DNA of 64,000 nt from Omnitrophica WOR_2 bacterium RIFCSPHIGHO2_02_FULL_48_11 (lineage in GTDB: Bacteria > Omnitrophota > Gorgyraeia > Zapsychrales > GWA2-47-8), in the NCBI GenBank assembly GCA_001805615.1, contig MHGP01000073.1:28156-92155 (forward strand). The letters run 5' to 3'. How positions within the stretch are numbered: position 1 is the first letter of the stretch; each line of letters opens with the position of its first letter. The notes beneath the pieces were generated by a model that had not been told where the DNA came from, did no database searches, and saw nothing but the letters and a program-made list of their open reading frames with translations. Made by a program: the position numbers and the translations under genes. Shown here in pieces: positions 36,095-44,284 of this stretch.

Positions 36095-36224
36095 TTTATT
36101 AACAATTAAGTAGCAAGTAAGGTAGAAGAAATCACTAGCCGTAAGGTGTGTAGGTCAATCGCCTTGCGGTTTTTTCTTTTATGTGTACTTACTTGCAAAT
36201 ATTATTTAAAGGAGGTTTCAAGAA

Positions 36225-36425
36225 ATGGTTAAAGGAACAGTGAAGTGGTTCAACAATCAAAAAGGCTACGGATTTATTACACCCGAATCAGGCAAAGATG
36301 TTTTCGTGCATCATAGCGCGATTCAGGGTGACGGATATAAATCGCTGACCGATGGTCAAGCGGTTGAGTTCGAAATTACCCGTGGACCAAAAGGTGAACA
36401 AGCCACCAACGTTGTAAAACTATAA
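36225..36425 (+). CDS. cspA: cold-shock protein (CspA family)
   Basis: [15 protein letters not shown] (RNP1) and VFVHHSAI (RNP2). 66 aa. Confidence 0.95.
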   Translation: MVKGTVKWFNNQKGYGFITPESGKDVFVHHSAIQGDGYKSLTDGQAVEFEITRGPKGEQATNVVKL

Positions 36426-36457
36426 CAACGAAGGTAGGTTCATGGTTGATTGATTGG

Positions 36458-36493
36458 GAAGAGGGGCAGACTCTTTTAGGGTTGCCCCTCTTC
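36458..36493 (+). terminator. stable hairpin after cspA (terminator-like, no U-tract)
   Basis: Perfect 10-bp stem GAAGAGGGGC / GCCCCTCTTC with a 16-nt loop, then CTTACG. Confidence 0.4.
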
Positions 36494-36546
36494 TTACGTA
36501 AGCTCACCGTTGAGTGAGTATAAAATTTTTTAAGGAGGAAGTTTAA

Positions 36547-37740
36547 TTGAGTTTTTATAATCTAGGTATTGCTCCAAAGCTAATCGAGATGATGGAACGT
36601 CTCAAATTTAAGATCGCAACCCCTATTCAGCACAAGGCTATTCCTTTGGCGCTGGAGGGAAAAGATATTATTGGCATCGCCCAGACCGGGACTGGAAAGA
36701 CCATGGCCTTCGCGATCCCGATGATTCAGCAGCTTGCCCAAAACAAAAATCATGCCTTAGTGCTCGTGCCGACCCGTGAGTTAGCCCTGCAGGTTGAGGA
36801 AAGTATTCGTAAGATAGCCACGCCGTTTAATATCCGGACAGTTTCTTTGATCGGCGGAGAGCCGATTCAAAATCAGCTGCGGTCTTTGCAAAAGAGTCCA
36901 CGTGTGCTGATCGCCACTCCGGGCCGGTTATTGGATTTGATGGAACAAAAGAAAGTGCGTCTCAATGACGTGAATATTTTGGTCCTGGATGAAGCCGATC
37001 GTATGTTGGATATGGGATTTGCTCCCCAGATCGATGAAATTTTAAGATCCGTGCCCAAGGACCGGCAGACCATGCTTTTTTCGGCAACGATGCCGGCAGA
37101 AATTATGCGGATGGCGACGTCCCATATGAAAATTCCGATTCAGGTGGAAATGGCTCCGACCGGGACAACCGCGGAGCGGGTCACGCACGAATTGTTCATC
37201 GTCCAGCAAGAAATGAAAAGGGAATTGTTAGGAAAAATATTGGTCAAATTTCGTGGTTCGGTTCTGCTCTTTTGCCGTACCAAAATGGGCGCTAAACGGA
37301 TCACCAGTGCCTTGCGCCATTTAGGGCATAGTGCCGCAGAGATCCATTCGGACCGCTCGCTTGCGCAGCGCCGGCAGGCCTTGGAAGGATTCAAATCCGG
37401 AAAACACCGCGTGCTTGTCGCGACGGACATTGCTTCCCGCGGGATCGATGTGAAGGGGATTGAATTGGTGGTTAATTATGACCTTCCTGACCAGGCAGAA
37501 AATTATGTGCATCGCATCGGCCGTACCGGCCGGGCCGGATCTCCTGGCCACGCGATCTCATTTGCCAGGCCGGATCAGCGCGGTGATGTGAGCAGTATCG
37601 AACAGTTGATCAAGACCACGCTGCCGATTTCGCAACATCCGGATCTTCCAGTGATGGATTTTAATAAACCACAAAATGTCTTCAGCTTTAACCGTTACCG
37701 CCCGCAACGCGGCGGAAGAAGTAGACGCGGCCGCAGATAA
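36547..37740 (+). CDS. DEAD-box ATP-dependent RNA helicase with Arg-rich tail
   Basis: TTG start. Q-motif. AQTGTGKT, PTRELA, DEAD, SAT, HRIGRTGR. The C-terminus is RPQRGGRSRRGRR. Confidence 0.9.
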   Translation: MSFYNLGIAPKLIEMMERLKFKIATPIQHKAIPLALEGKDIIGIAQTGTGKTMAFAIPMIQQLAQNKNHALVLVPTRELALQVEESIRKIATPFNIRTVSLIGGEPIQNQLRSLQKSPRVLIATPGRLLDLMEQKKVRLNDVNILVLDEADRMLDMGFAPQIDEILRSVPKDRQTMLFSATMPAEIMRMATSHMKIPIQVEMAPTGTTAERVTHELFIVQQEMKRELLGKILVKFRGSVLLFCRTKMGAKRITSALRHLGHSAAEIHSDRSLAQRRQALEGFKSGKHRVLVATDIASRGIDVKGIELVVNYDLPDQAENYVHRIGRTGRAGSPGHAISFARPDQRGDVSSIEQLIKTTLPISQHPDLPVMDFNKPQNVFSFNRYRPQRGGRSRRGRR

Positions 37741-37765
37741 GTCATCCATTAAAGAGCTAGCTGTC

Positions 37766-38362
37766 ATGTCACAGAATCGCAAGGTCACAAGCAAAAGTTT
37801 GAAAAGACGCTGCGCCTGGGTGCCGGAGGGCGACGCTCTTTATGCGAAATATCATGACACGGAATGGGGCGTGCCGGTCTATGCCGATCAGACGATTTTT
37901 GAATTTCTTGTCTTGGAATCCGCGCAGGCCGGCTTGAGCTGGGTCATCGTTTTACGCAAACGTGAAAATTATCGCAAGGCCTTTGCCAAGTTTGACCCCA
38001 AAAAGGTCGCGCGGTTCACGCCCCAACACGTTACCAAACTTTTACAGAATTCCGGGATCATCCGCAACCGCGCCAAGATCGAGGCCACCATCAATAACGC
38101 GCGGTGTTTTCTTCAGGTGCAAAAAGAATTCGGAACGTTCGCGAAGTATATTTGGAGTTTTGTCTCCGGTAAGCCGCGGTGTAACCGATTCAAAAGCCTC
38201 AAAAATCTTCCCGCCAAGACCCCGCAGGCCGAGGCCTTAAGCCTTGACCTTAAAGCGCGCGGCTTCAAATTCCTTGGGCCCACAGTTATTTATGCCCACA
38301 TGCAAGCCACCGGCATGGTCAATGACCACACCATAGATTGCTTCCGCTATAAAGAGGTTTAG
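37766..38362 (+). CDS. tag: DNA-3-methyladenine glycosylase I
   Basis: The start is re-picked at 37766 to avoid overlapping the helicase. YHDTEWGVP, FEFLVLESAQAGLSW and C...HxxxC zinc-site residues. Confidence 0.85.
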   Translation: MSQNRKVTSKSLKRRCAWVPEGDALYAKYHDTEWGVPVYADQTIFEFLVLESAQAGLSWVIVLRKRENYRKAFAKFDPKKVARFTPQHVTKLLQNSGIIRNRAKIEATINNARCFLQVQKEFGTFAKYIWSFVSGKPRCNRFKSLKNLPAKTPQAEALSLDLKARGFKFLGPTVIYAHMQATGMVNDHTIDCFRYKEV

Positions 38363-38506
38363 GGCTGGTTTAGCGATAAATTTAACATAAGATACTGCAG
38401 TAAAATGAGTTAAGTAGTAAGTGTTATTACGTAGGTTTCTCCGTATATCCGCGCATAGACTTAACGTCAAAGGGCATCTACACTTTTAATAAGGGAGGTG
38501 ATAACA

Positions 38507-38644
38507 ATGTCCAATATCATTGCATTTGTGAAAACATATGCTATGCCTAAGAGTATAGGGGAATGGATTTTTGTTATCTTTATGACCTTTGTCTGTATCG
38601 CCACAGTCATTTTCTTGATCCAGGGTTATCTTACGGTCAATTAA
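38507..38644 (+). CDS. 45-aa hydrophobic peptide (hypothetical)
   Basis: ATG 8 nt after AAGGGAGGTG. MSNIIAFVKTYAMPKSIGEWIFVIFMTFVCIATVIFLIQGYLTVN. Below the ORF-track length cutoff. Confidence 0.35.
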   Translation: MSNIIAFVKTYAMPKSIGEWIFVIFMTFVCIATVIFLIQGYLTVN

Positions 38645-38696
38645 TACCCGTTGAAAGAATTTTTTCTCCTGCGTTAAGACTTTTCCATTTCCTCTC

Positions 38697-38724
38697 TTTA
38701 CCAATTCCGCTTTTGTGCTAAAAT
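38697..38724 (+). promoter_or_regulatory. putative sigma70 promoter TTTACC-N16-TGcTAAAAT
   Basis: Extended -10 TGCTAAAAT at 38716-38724 and -35 TTTACC at 38697-38702. It would drive the DsbA-like to YyaL array. Confidence 0.4.
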
Positions 38725-38773
38725 AAAATCTAAATTAAACCCCTCGTTGTGCTAATCATTTCTGGAGATCAGT

Positions 38774-39421
38774 ATGTCTAAGAAAATTCAGCCGAAGAGA
38801 AATTCTAAAAAGATTTTTACCGTTATTTTGATCCTTGCTGTCGTAGCGGTTATCTTAGGGGTGCAGTGGTATTTGCAGTCGTCCCGCTCGCTCTCGCAAG
38901 GGGTGTCCTCCCGGGCCAAGGGAACCCCCGGCGCCGCCATTCATATCGTCGAGTATATTGACTTTGAATGTCCGGCATGTGCCACCGGAGCCAAAAAATT
39001 AAAAGAATACGTGGCCATGTATCCTGAGAAAATTTATTTGGAAATGCGTTATTATCCTCTTTTGAATATTCACCCGCATGCCCTGCACGCCGCTCGTTAC
39101 GCCCAATGTGCCGCTCAGCAGGGAAAATTTTGGCCGCTGCACGATCTCTTGATCGAGCGGCAAGGGCAGTGGCAATCTCTTATCAATGCCGACCCGGTTT
39201 TTATGCAGATGGCCCAAGAAGTGTCTTTGGACATGAACTCCCTCGAGGTATGCCTGCAGGATGAAAAAACCGTCAAGCTGATCCTTGAGGAGAGGGACAA
39301 GGGGAGTTCGTTAGGCGTTCAATCCACCCCGACATATTTTATTAATGAAAAAATGGTCGTTGGGGTTAAATCATTAACCGATATGCTGCAGCCGCTTCTA
39401 GAAAATGGACAAAATAAATAA
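38774..39421 (+). CDS. membrane-anchored DsbA-like thiol:disulfide oxidoreductase (thioredoxin fold, CPAC)
   Basis: N-terminal TM. IDFECPACATGAKKLKEY active site. Confidence 0.75.
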   Translation: MSKKIQPKRNSKKIFTVILILAVVAVILGVQWYLQSSRSLSQGVSSRAKGTPGAAIHIVEYIDFECPACATGAKKLKEYVAMYPEKIYLEMRYYPLLNIHPHALHAARYAQCAAQQGKFWPLHDLLIERQGQWQSLINADPVFMQMAQEVSLDMNSLEVCLQDEKTVKLILEERDKGSSLGVQSTPTYFINEKMVVGVKSLTDMLQPLLENGQNK

Positions 39422-39863
39422 CTTCGGTGTTATCGCACGGATCCTGCTCGGGACAATTTTTGTCGTCTCGGGTGCGGAAAAACTTCTTAGTCCCTACCAA
39501 AATTTTCTTTATGTCATCCAAAATTATCAGCTAATCGGCCCGCCTCTGGACGAATGGGTCGCCCGGATCTTTCCATGGATCGAATTTTTGCTGGGATTGT
39601 TCTGCCTTTTGGGTCTGTGGCTGACGCGGTCTTTGGAAGGGATCCTGGTTATCGTGACGGTTTTTATCGGCGTTGTCGGACAGGCCCTGATCCGCGGCTT
39701 GCCGATCGACGAATGCGGTTGCTTTGGCAGCCTTGTTTCGCTTCCCTTGCAGGGAGTGATCATCGTGGATAGCTGCCTGTGGCTGTTAACGTCCTGGCTG
39801 CTTTTCCCCGGCGCTAAGGCTTCGCGTTTCAGTCTCGACGAGTATTTTTCAAAAAATTCATAA
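39405..39863 (+). CDS. MauE/DoxX-like membrane protein with CGCFG motif
   Basis: Four predicted TM helices and DECGCFGS, characteristic of the MauE / DoxX-like family. It overlaps the upstream gene by 17 nt. Confidence 0.6.
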   Translation: MDKINNFGVIARILLGTIFVVSGAEKLLSPYQNFLYVIQNYQLIGPPLDEWVARIFPWIEFLLGLFCLLGLWLTRSLEGILVIVTVFIGVVGQALIRGLPIDECGCFGSLVSLPLQGVIIVDSCLWLLTSWLLFPGAKASRFSLDEYFSKNS

Positions 39864-39874
39864 TCTTAAACGAT

Positions 39875-41395
39875 ATGGCTTTGAGAGTTAAGAGAACACT
39901 GCGGATCCGGGGTTTATTTTTATTTTTCTTGATCGCTATGACTTCTTTTGCCTTTAGCCAGCCGGAAATCAAAGAACCCAATGTCAGCGGGCAGTTTTAT
40001 GACGCTGATCCTAAGCGTTTGTCCCGCATGGTGGATGAGTTCCTGAGCCTGGCCTCCGTCCCGCAGAAAGACAAAAGAATAGAAATGATCATTGCTCCGC
40101 ACGCCGGGTATGTGTATTCCGGGGCCGTAGCCGGATACAGTTTTAAGGCGGCCAGTCAAGGAAAATATAAAACAGTGGTGATCGTCGCCCCGAGTCATTT
40201 TTACGAATTTGACGGTGTTTCGATCTGGAAAGAGGGGGGATTCAAAACGCCTTTAGGGGTGGTGGCGGTGGATCAAGATTTTACGGAAAAATTGATCGGC
40301 CGAAATGCAAAATTTTCTTTTGACGCCGCGGCGTTCGATCGGGAACATTCCCTCGAAGTGGAAATTCCTTTTTTGCAAAGAACGTTTAGTGATTTTAAAA
40401 TTGTGCCGGTGGTGATGGGCCAGGCGACGTTTCAGACGTGCGAGGCCTTTGCCGCAGCGCTCAAAGAGGTGATCGGTGACCGGGAAGATGTGCTGATTGT
40501 CATCAGCACGGATCTGTCCCATTACCACGATTATGACCTTGCCCGGGAGATGGACCATCGCACTTTGGCGGCCGTCAAAATAGGCAATGCCCAAGAATTG
40601 TGGAAACAGTGCCGCTTGGGAACAATGGAGATGTGCGGTTTTATTCCGGTGACAACCGCGCTTTTATACGCTCAGCTCAAGGGATTGAACGATGTGGAAA
40701 TTTTGCGGTATGCCAACTCCGGGGATGTGACCGGAGACCGCGGCCGGGTAGTCGGGTATTCGTCGGTGATCTTTTATGAGGGAACAGAGAAGACCCCTGT
40801 GGATAAAAAAGCCGCAGCAGAAGTTCCTGCCCAGGCCGGGTCGTTCACGCAAGAGCAAAAAAAGCGGCTGCTTGAGATCGCGCGCGGCACCATCGAAGAG
40901 TATGTGCGCACCGGCAAGAAAGTGGAAGTTTCGGAAACAGACCCGCGCCTTCTCAGGGAAGAAGGGGCGTTCGTGACCATCCATCGGCAAGGCCAGCTGC
41001 GCGGCTGCATCGGGAACATTATCGGACAGGGGCCGCTTTATCTCACCGTGCGTAATATGGCCATCGCGGCCGCCTCGGAAGATCCGCGGTTTCCGCCGGT
41101 CAGCGAAGCAGAGTTAAAGGATCTTGAGGTGGAAATTTCCGTCTTGTCGCAGCCCAGGCCCGCTAACAGTATTAAGGAGATTACCATGGGAGTACACGGG
41201 GTGATCGTCAAGAAAGGATTTCATGGCGGGGTTTTTTTGCCGCAGGTGGCGACCGATACCGGCTGGAGCCGGGACGAATTCCTCTCTCAGCTGTGCGAGC
41301 AGAAAGCCGGATTGCCGCGCGATTGCTGGAAAGATCCCAGAACGCGGTTGGAAATTTTTACGGCGGAAGTTTTCTCGGGAAAAGACGTAAAATAA
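39875..41395 (+). CDS. Memo-like / AMMECR1 fusion protein with N-terminal signal peptide
   Basis: The N-terminal half has MIIAPHAGYVYSGAVAGY and VIVAPSHF (Memo/extradiol-dioxygenase class III-like). The C-terminal half has FVTIHRQGQLRGCIGNIIG...ASEDPRF (AMMECR1). The first 30 aa (LRIRGLFLFFLIAMTSFAFSQP) look like a signal peptide. Confidence 0.8.
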   Translation: MALRVKRTLRIRGLFLFFLIAMTSFAFSQPEIKEPNVSGQFYDADPKRLSRMVDEFLSLASVPQKDKRIEMIIAPHAGYVYSGAVAGYSFKAASQGKYKTVVIVAPSHFYEFDGVSIWKEGGFKTPLGVVAVDQDFTEKLIGRNAKFSFDAAAFDREHSLEVEIPFLQRTFSDFKIVPVVMGQATFQTCEAFAAALKEVIGDREDVLIVISTDLSHYHDYDLAREMDHRTLAAVKIGNAQELWKQCRLGTMEMCGFIPVTTALLYAQLKGLNDVEILRYANSGDVTGDRGRVVGYSSVIFYEGTEKTPVDKKAAAEVPAQAGSFTQEQKKRLLEIARGTIEEYVRTGKKVEVSETDPRLLREEGAFVTIHRQGQLRGCIGNIIGQGPLYLTVRNMAIAAASEDPRFPPVSEAELKDLEVEISVLSQPRPANSIKEITMGVHGVIVKKGFHGGVFLPQVATDTGWSRDEFLSQLCEQKAGLPRDCWKDPRTRLEIFTAEVFSGKDVK

Positions 41396-41406
41396 AAATT
41401 ATCCTT

Positions 41407-41859
41407 ATGAAATTGCGCGATACCGTCATCACGATTTTTGTCATCCTCTGGCTGGCCGTATTCAACTACGAATCTATTCACCGGTATTATCTGGAACCTT
41501 GGCTGAAGCGGCCGCTGCCTAAAATGAAACTGCTTTTCCCTCCGGCCGGGTGGATCATGTTTTACAATGTCGAAGATGATTACGGCTATGCGCAAATTTA
41601 CGGGGTCAATGTCGACGGCGTTCAGGAGATCGATCCGCACGAGATCTTGGCTACGCGGACCATCGGGTTCGACAATATCCACCGGAATGTTCTTTTGGTC
41701 GTTTTTGGCGAGGCCATGCCGGGGCAGGTGTGCCGGTTCTTGGAACGCAAATTCCCGGAATTTGATAATTTTTTGATCACGGCGGCGCAGTATCCTTCGC
41801 TGACGCAGACCCCGCATAAAAAACTCCAGCGGGTGTTGTATCAGTGCAAGGAAAAGTGA
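41407..41859 (+). CDS. small membrane protein, candidate SdpA-like partner of the HTTM protein
   Basis: The start is re-picked at 41407. 150 aa with an N-terminal TM (VITIFVILWLAVF). Separated by 11 nt and 15 nt from its neighbours. The SdpA analogy is inference from size and position only. Confidence 0.5.
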   Translation: MKLRDTVITIFVILWLAVFNYESIHRYYLEPWLKRPLPKMKLLFPPAGWIMFYNVEDDYGYAQIYGVNVDGVQEIDPHEILATRTIGFDNIHRNVLLVVFGEAMPGQVCRFLERKFPEFDNFLITAAQYPSLTQTPHKKLQRVLYQCKEK

Positions 41860-41874
41860 GGCTAAGTCCTATTT

Positions 41875-43167
41875 ATGAATAAAATTTGGCACACATTGTT
41901 CCTGGAAGAGCGTCCCTCGGTGAGCCTCTCATTATTCCGGATCGCGGTCGCCATCACCGTCGGCGCCCACGTCATTCCGACATTATGGAACCTGCCGGAC
42001 AATTATTACGCCACCGCGCTTAAAACTTTTAATTTTGATTTTTTCCCTGTACAGCTCATTGAGCTTGTTCAGCGCAGCTCGGACCAGACGGTCTTGTTCT
42101 TTGTTATTGTCTTTTATGTTTTTTGGTTCTTTTTCCTGATCGGATTGTTCAGCCGGTTGAGCTGCATCCTGATGACCCTGGCCGGGTATTATTTTTATGC
42201 GTTGAATTCGCTGCATGTCGGGACCTTGTCTTGGGATATCTTGCTGGTCACGCTTTTTCTCATGTGCTTGACACCGTATCACGGCGACTATTTTTCCGTC
42301 GATGCCGTGCGGCGGGGGGATGCGGGAAGCTACAAGCGAAAGCGGCCGTTCTTTCTGCAGCGGTTGCTGCAGATCCAGATCGCTTCGACATTTTTTTATA
42401 CGGCGCTTTATAAGATCACCGGCACCGGCAACTGGATCAGCGGCAATCCTATTTATTATCTGATGAATTATCCGCCGGCGGGTGTCACCAAATGGTTCCT
42501 GCTGCGGGATTTTTTTATGGACAAGCCCGGCCTTTGCTATGCGGCGGGCCTCTTGATCCTGATCATTGAAATTTCGATGCCGGTCTTATTGTTCTGGCGA
42601 CGCACCCGGATGTCGGCGATTTATGTGGGGTGCTTTTTTCATCTCGTCCTCATTTTAACGCTGGATGTGCCGGCGATCTTCTTTTTTCTCTTCCCGCCGC
42701 AACTGTTGTTATTCATCAACCCGGAAAATATCGTGCGTTGGATCGAACAGAAGCGCCGGGCTAACGCGCAGGCTCCGCAGAGTCAGCTTATCTACGACGG
42801 GCATTGCCAATTTTGCCGGCGCAGCGTACAACAGCTGCAGGTCATGGATTTATTCCATACGCTTAAAATGGTGGACTTCCAGTCGACCAGTCATTTGGAG
42901 GCATTGCATCCTGAGCTGAGCAAGGAGCGCTGTGCCAGCCAGCTCCATTTGCTTGAACCCGACCGAACATTGTACGGAGGATTTGCGGTCTTTCGGCGGC
43001 TGTGCCTTATCCTGCCGATGCTGTATCCGTTCATATTGCTGTTTTATTTTCCGGGCTCGGGGATCGTCGGTCCGTTCGTCTATCGCTGGGTCGCGCAAAA
43101 CCGGTATCTTTTTCATTTCAATAAAACCTGCAAAGACAATGCCTGCTTTTTGGGGCATGGAAAATAA
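41875..43167 (+). CDS. HTTM-domain (vitamin K-dependent gamma-carboxylase / SdpB-like) membrane protein fused to C-terminal DCC/DUF393 thiol-disulfide oxidoreductase domain
   Basis: About 300-aa polytopic N-terminus with an HTTM-like pattern (LSLFRIAVA..., multiple aromatic TM helices). The C-terminus is LIYDGHCQFCRRSVQ...LYGGFAVFRRL, which is the DCC-family DGxCxxC signature. Confidence 0.7.
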   Translation: MNKIWHTLFLEERPSVSLSLFRIAVAITVGAHVIPTLWNLPDNYYATALKTFNFDFFPVQLIELVQRSSDQTVLFFVIVFYVFWFFFLIGLFSRLSCILMTLAGYYFYALNSLHVGTLSWDILLVTLFLMCLTPYHGDYFSVDAVRRGDAGSYKRKRPFFLQRLLQIQIASTFFYTALYKITGTGNWISGNPIYYLMNYPPAGVTKWFLLRDFFMDKPGLCYAAGLLILIIEISMPVLLFWRRTRMSAIYVGCFFHLVLILTLDVPAIFFFLFPPQLLLFINPENIVRWIEQKRRANAQAPQSQLIYDGHCQFCRRSVQQLQVMDLFHTLKMVDFQSTSHLEALHPELSKERCASQLHLLEPDRTLYGGFAVFRRLCLILPMLYPFILLFYFPGSGIVGPFVYRWVAQNRYLFHFNKTCKDNACFLGHGK

Positions 43168-43253
43168 AAGAAATTGCTGACGGCTTTTTGTATTGTGATA
43201 AGATAGCGGTGTTTAAAAATACGACACAAAATTATGCAAGGTGGGGGTTTTCA

Positions 43254-43934
43254 ATGCGTCTGTTGCGATTATATTCTATTTTTATGATCATTTTTTGCTT
43301 GAGCGGGCCTGCCGTCGCCGATGAGGTTCCCGTCGCCGATGAGGTCTCCGAAAAGGCGCTCCAGGAATTTCAACGCTCATATCGTAAAGAAAAAAAACAG
43401 CAAGCGAAGGACGTGCGCAAGCAAGAAAAGGCGGAGCACAAAGCGGCTTTGCGGGAGGAGAAACGCGCCCGCAAACAAGAACGCCTGGAGAGTAAAAAAG
43501 CTAAAAAAGCAGCCCGGGTTCCGAAAAAACAAAAGCCTCAGGTGACAAAAGTTAAACCGCCAAAAAAAACAAAGGCGTTGGCTAAAAAGAAAATCGCTAA
43601 TGAGCAAAAGCAGCAGCGCAAGAAAATATCGCAGGGGCGGCAGTCGGAGTGGGACCGGCAGGTAAAGCAAAAACAAAAAGAAATCAGCCAGCAGCGTGCC
43701 AAGATCAAGAAGGAAATGACCGATGGGATAGAGCCGCTGTATCAAGACGCGGTGCGGGAATATAAAGCCAAGAATTATGCTATGGCGGAAGAAATATTTT
43801 TAGAAATCGATCAGCTCATGCCGGACTACCGGCAGACCAAGGATTATTTGAGCCGCCTGGGATCGCAGCCGGAGCTAGGGGTGTCCCGCGGCCGGCACGG
43901 TATTGTTTCCGACGCCCTGGACAGTATCCCTTAA
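43254..43934 (+). CDS. secreted K/E/R-rich coiled-coil protein with helical C-terminal domain
   Basis: The start is re-picked at 43254. Signal MRLLRLYSIFMIIFCLSGPAVA. Tandem VADEVPVADEVSE duplication. A 150-aa lysine-rich block. Confidence 0.6.
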   Translation: MRLLRLYSIFMIIFCLSGPAVADEVPVADEVSEKALQEFQRSYRKEKKQQAKDVRKQEKAEHKAALREEKRARKQERLESKKAKKAARVPKKQKPQVTKVKPPKKTKALAKKKIANEQKQQRKKISQGRQSEWDRQVKQKQKEISQQRAKIKKEMTDGIEPLYQDAVREYKAKNYAMAEEIFLEIDQLMPDYRQTKDYLSRLGSQPELGVSRGRHGIVSDALDSIP

Positions 43935-43942
43935 GAGAGTTT

Positions 43943-44284
43943 ATGAAATATTTAAAATTTTTCATTCTTTTGGCAATCTTAAGCACCGCCGGAACGTCTT
44001 GGGCTATCCCGGCGTCCAAGATCGAGCTGAGCTATGATCCGGGAAAAAAGATCTTGCATACGAAAGTCAGCCATGTCACCCAGCGCAATCGCAAGCATTA
44101 TATCCGCTCCATCATTGTTTATAAAAACGATCAGGAAGTCAAATCTTTGCATTATGTCGTGCAGGAAAAGTCTTCCGGGGTGGAGGAGGATATCCCTCTG
44201 GAAGCCAATAAAGATGAAGTGATCCGTGTCAAAGCCCAATGCACGGAATCCGGCCCGAAAGAAGAAACGCTCGTCATCCCTTAA
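43943..44284 (+). CDS. small secreted protein (hypothetical)
   Basis: Signal peptide ...TSWA. 113 aa. No motif recognised. Confidence 0.5.
   Translation: MKYLKFFILLAILSTAGTSWAIPASKIELSYDPGKKILHTKVSHVTQRNRKHYIRSIIVYKNDQEVKSLHYVVQEKSSGVEEDIPLEANKDEVIRVKAQCTESGPKEETLVIP

Noticed and set aside
43188-43253. Upstream start of the K-rich secreted protein (MYCDKIAVFKNTTQ...)
   Set aside because: The internal Met at 43254 begins a typical signal peptide. The upstream stretch has no RBS and is not hydrophobic.
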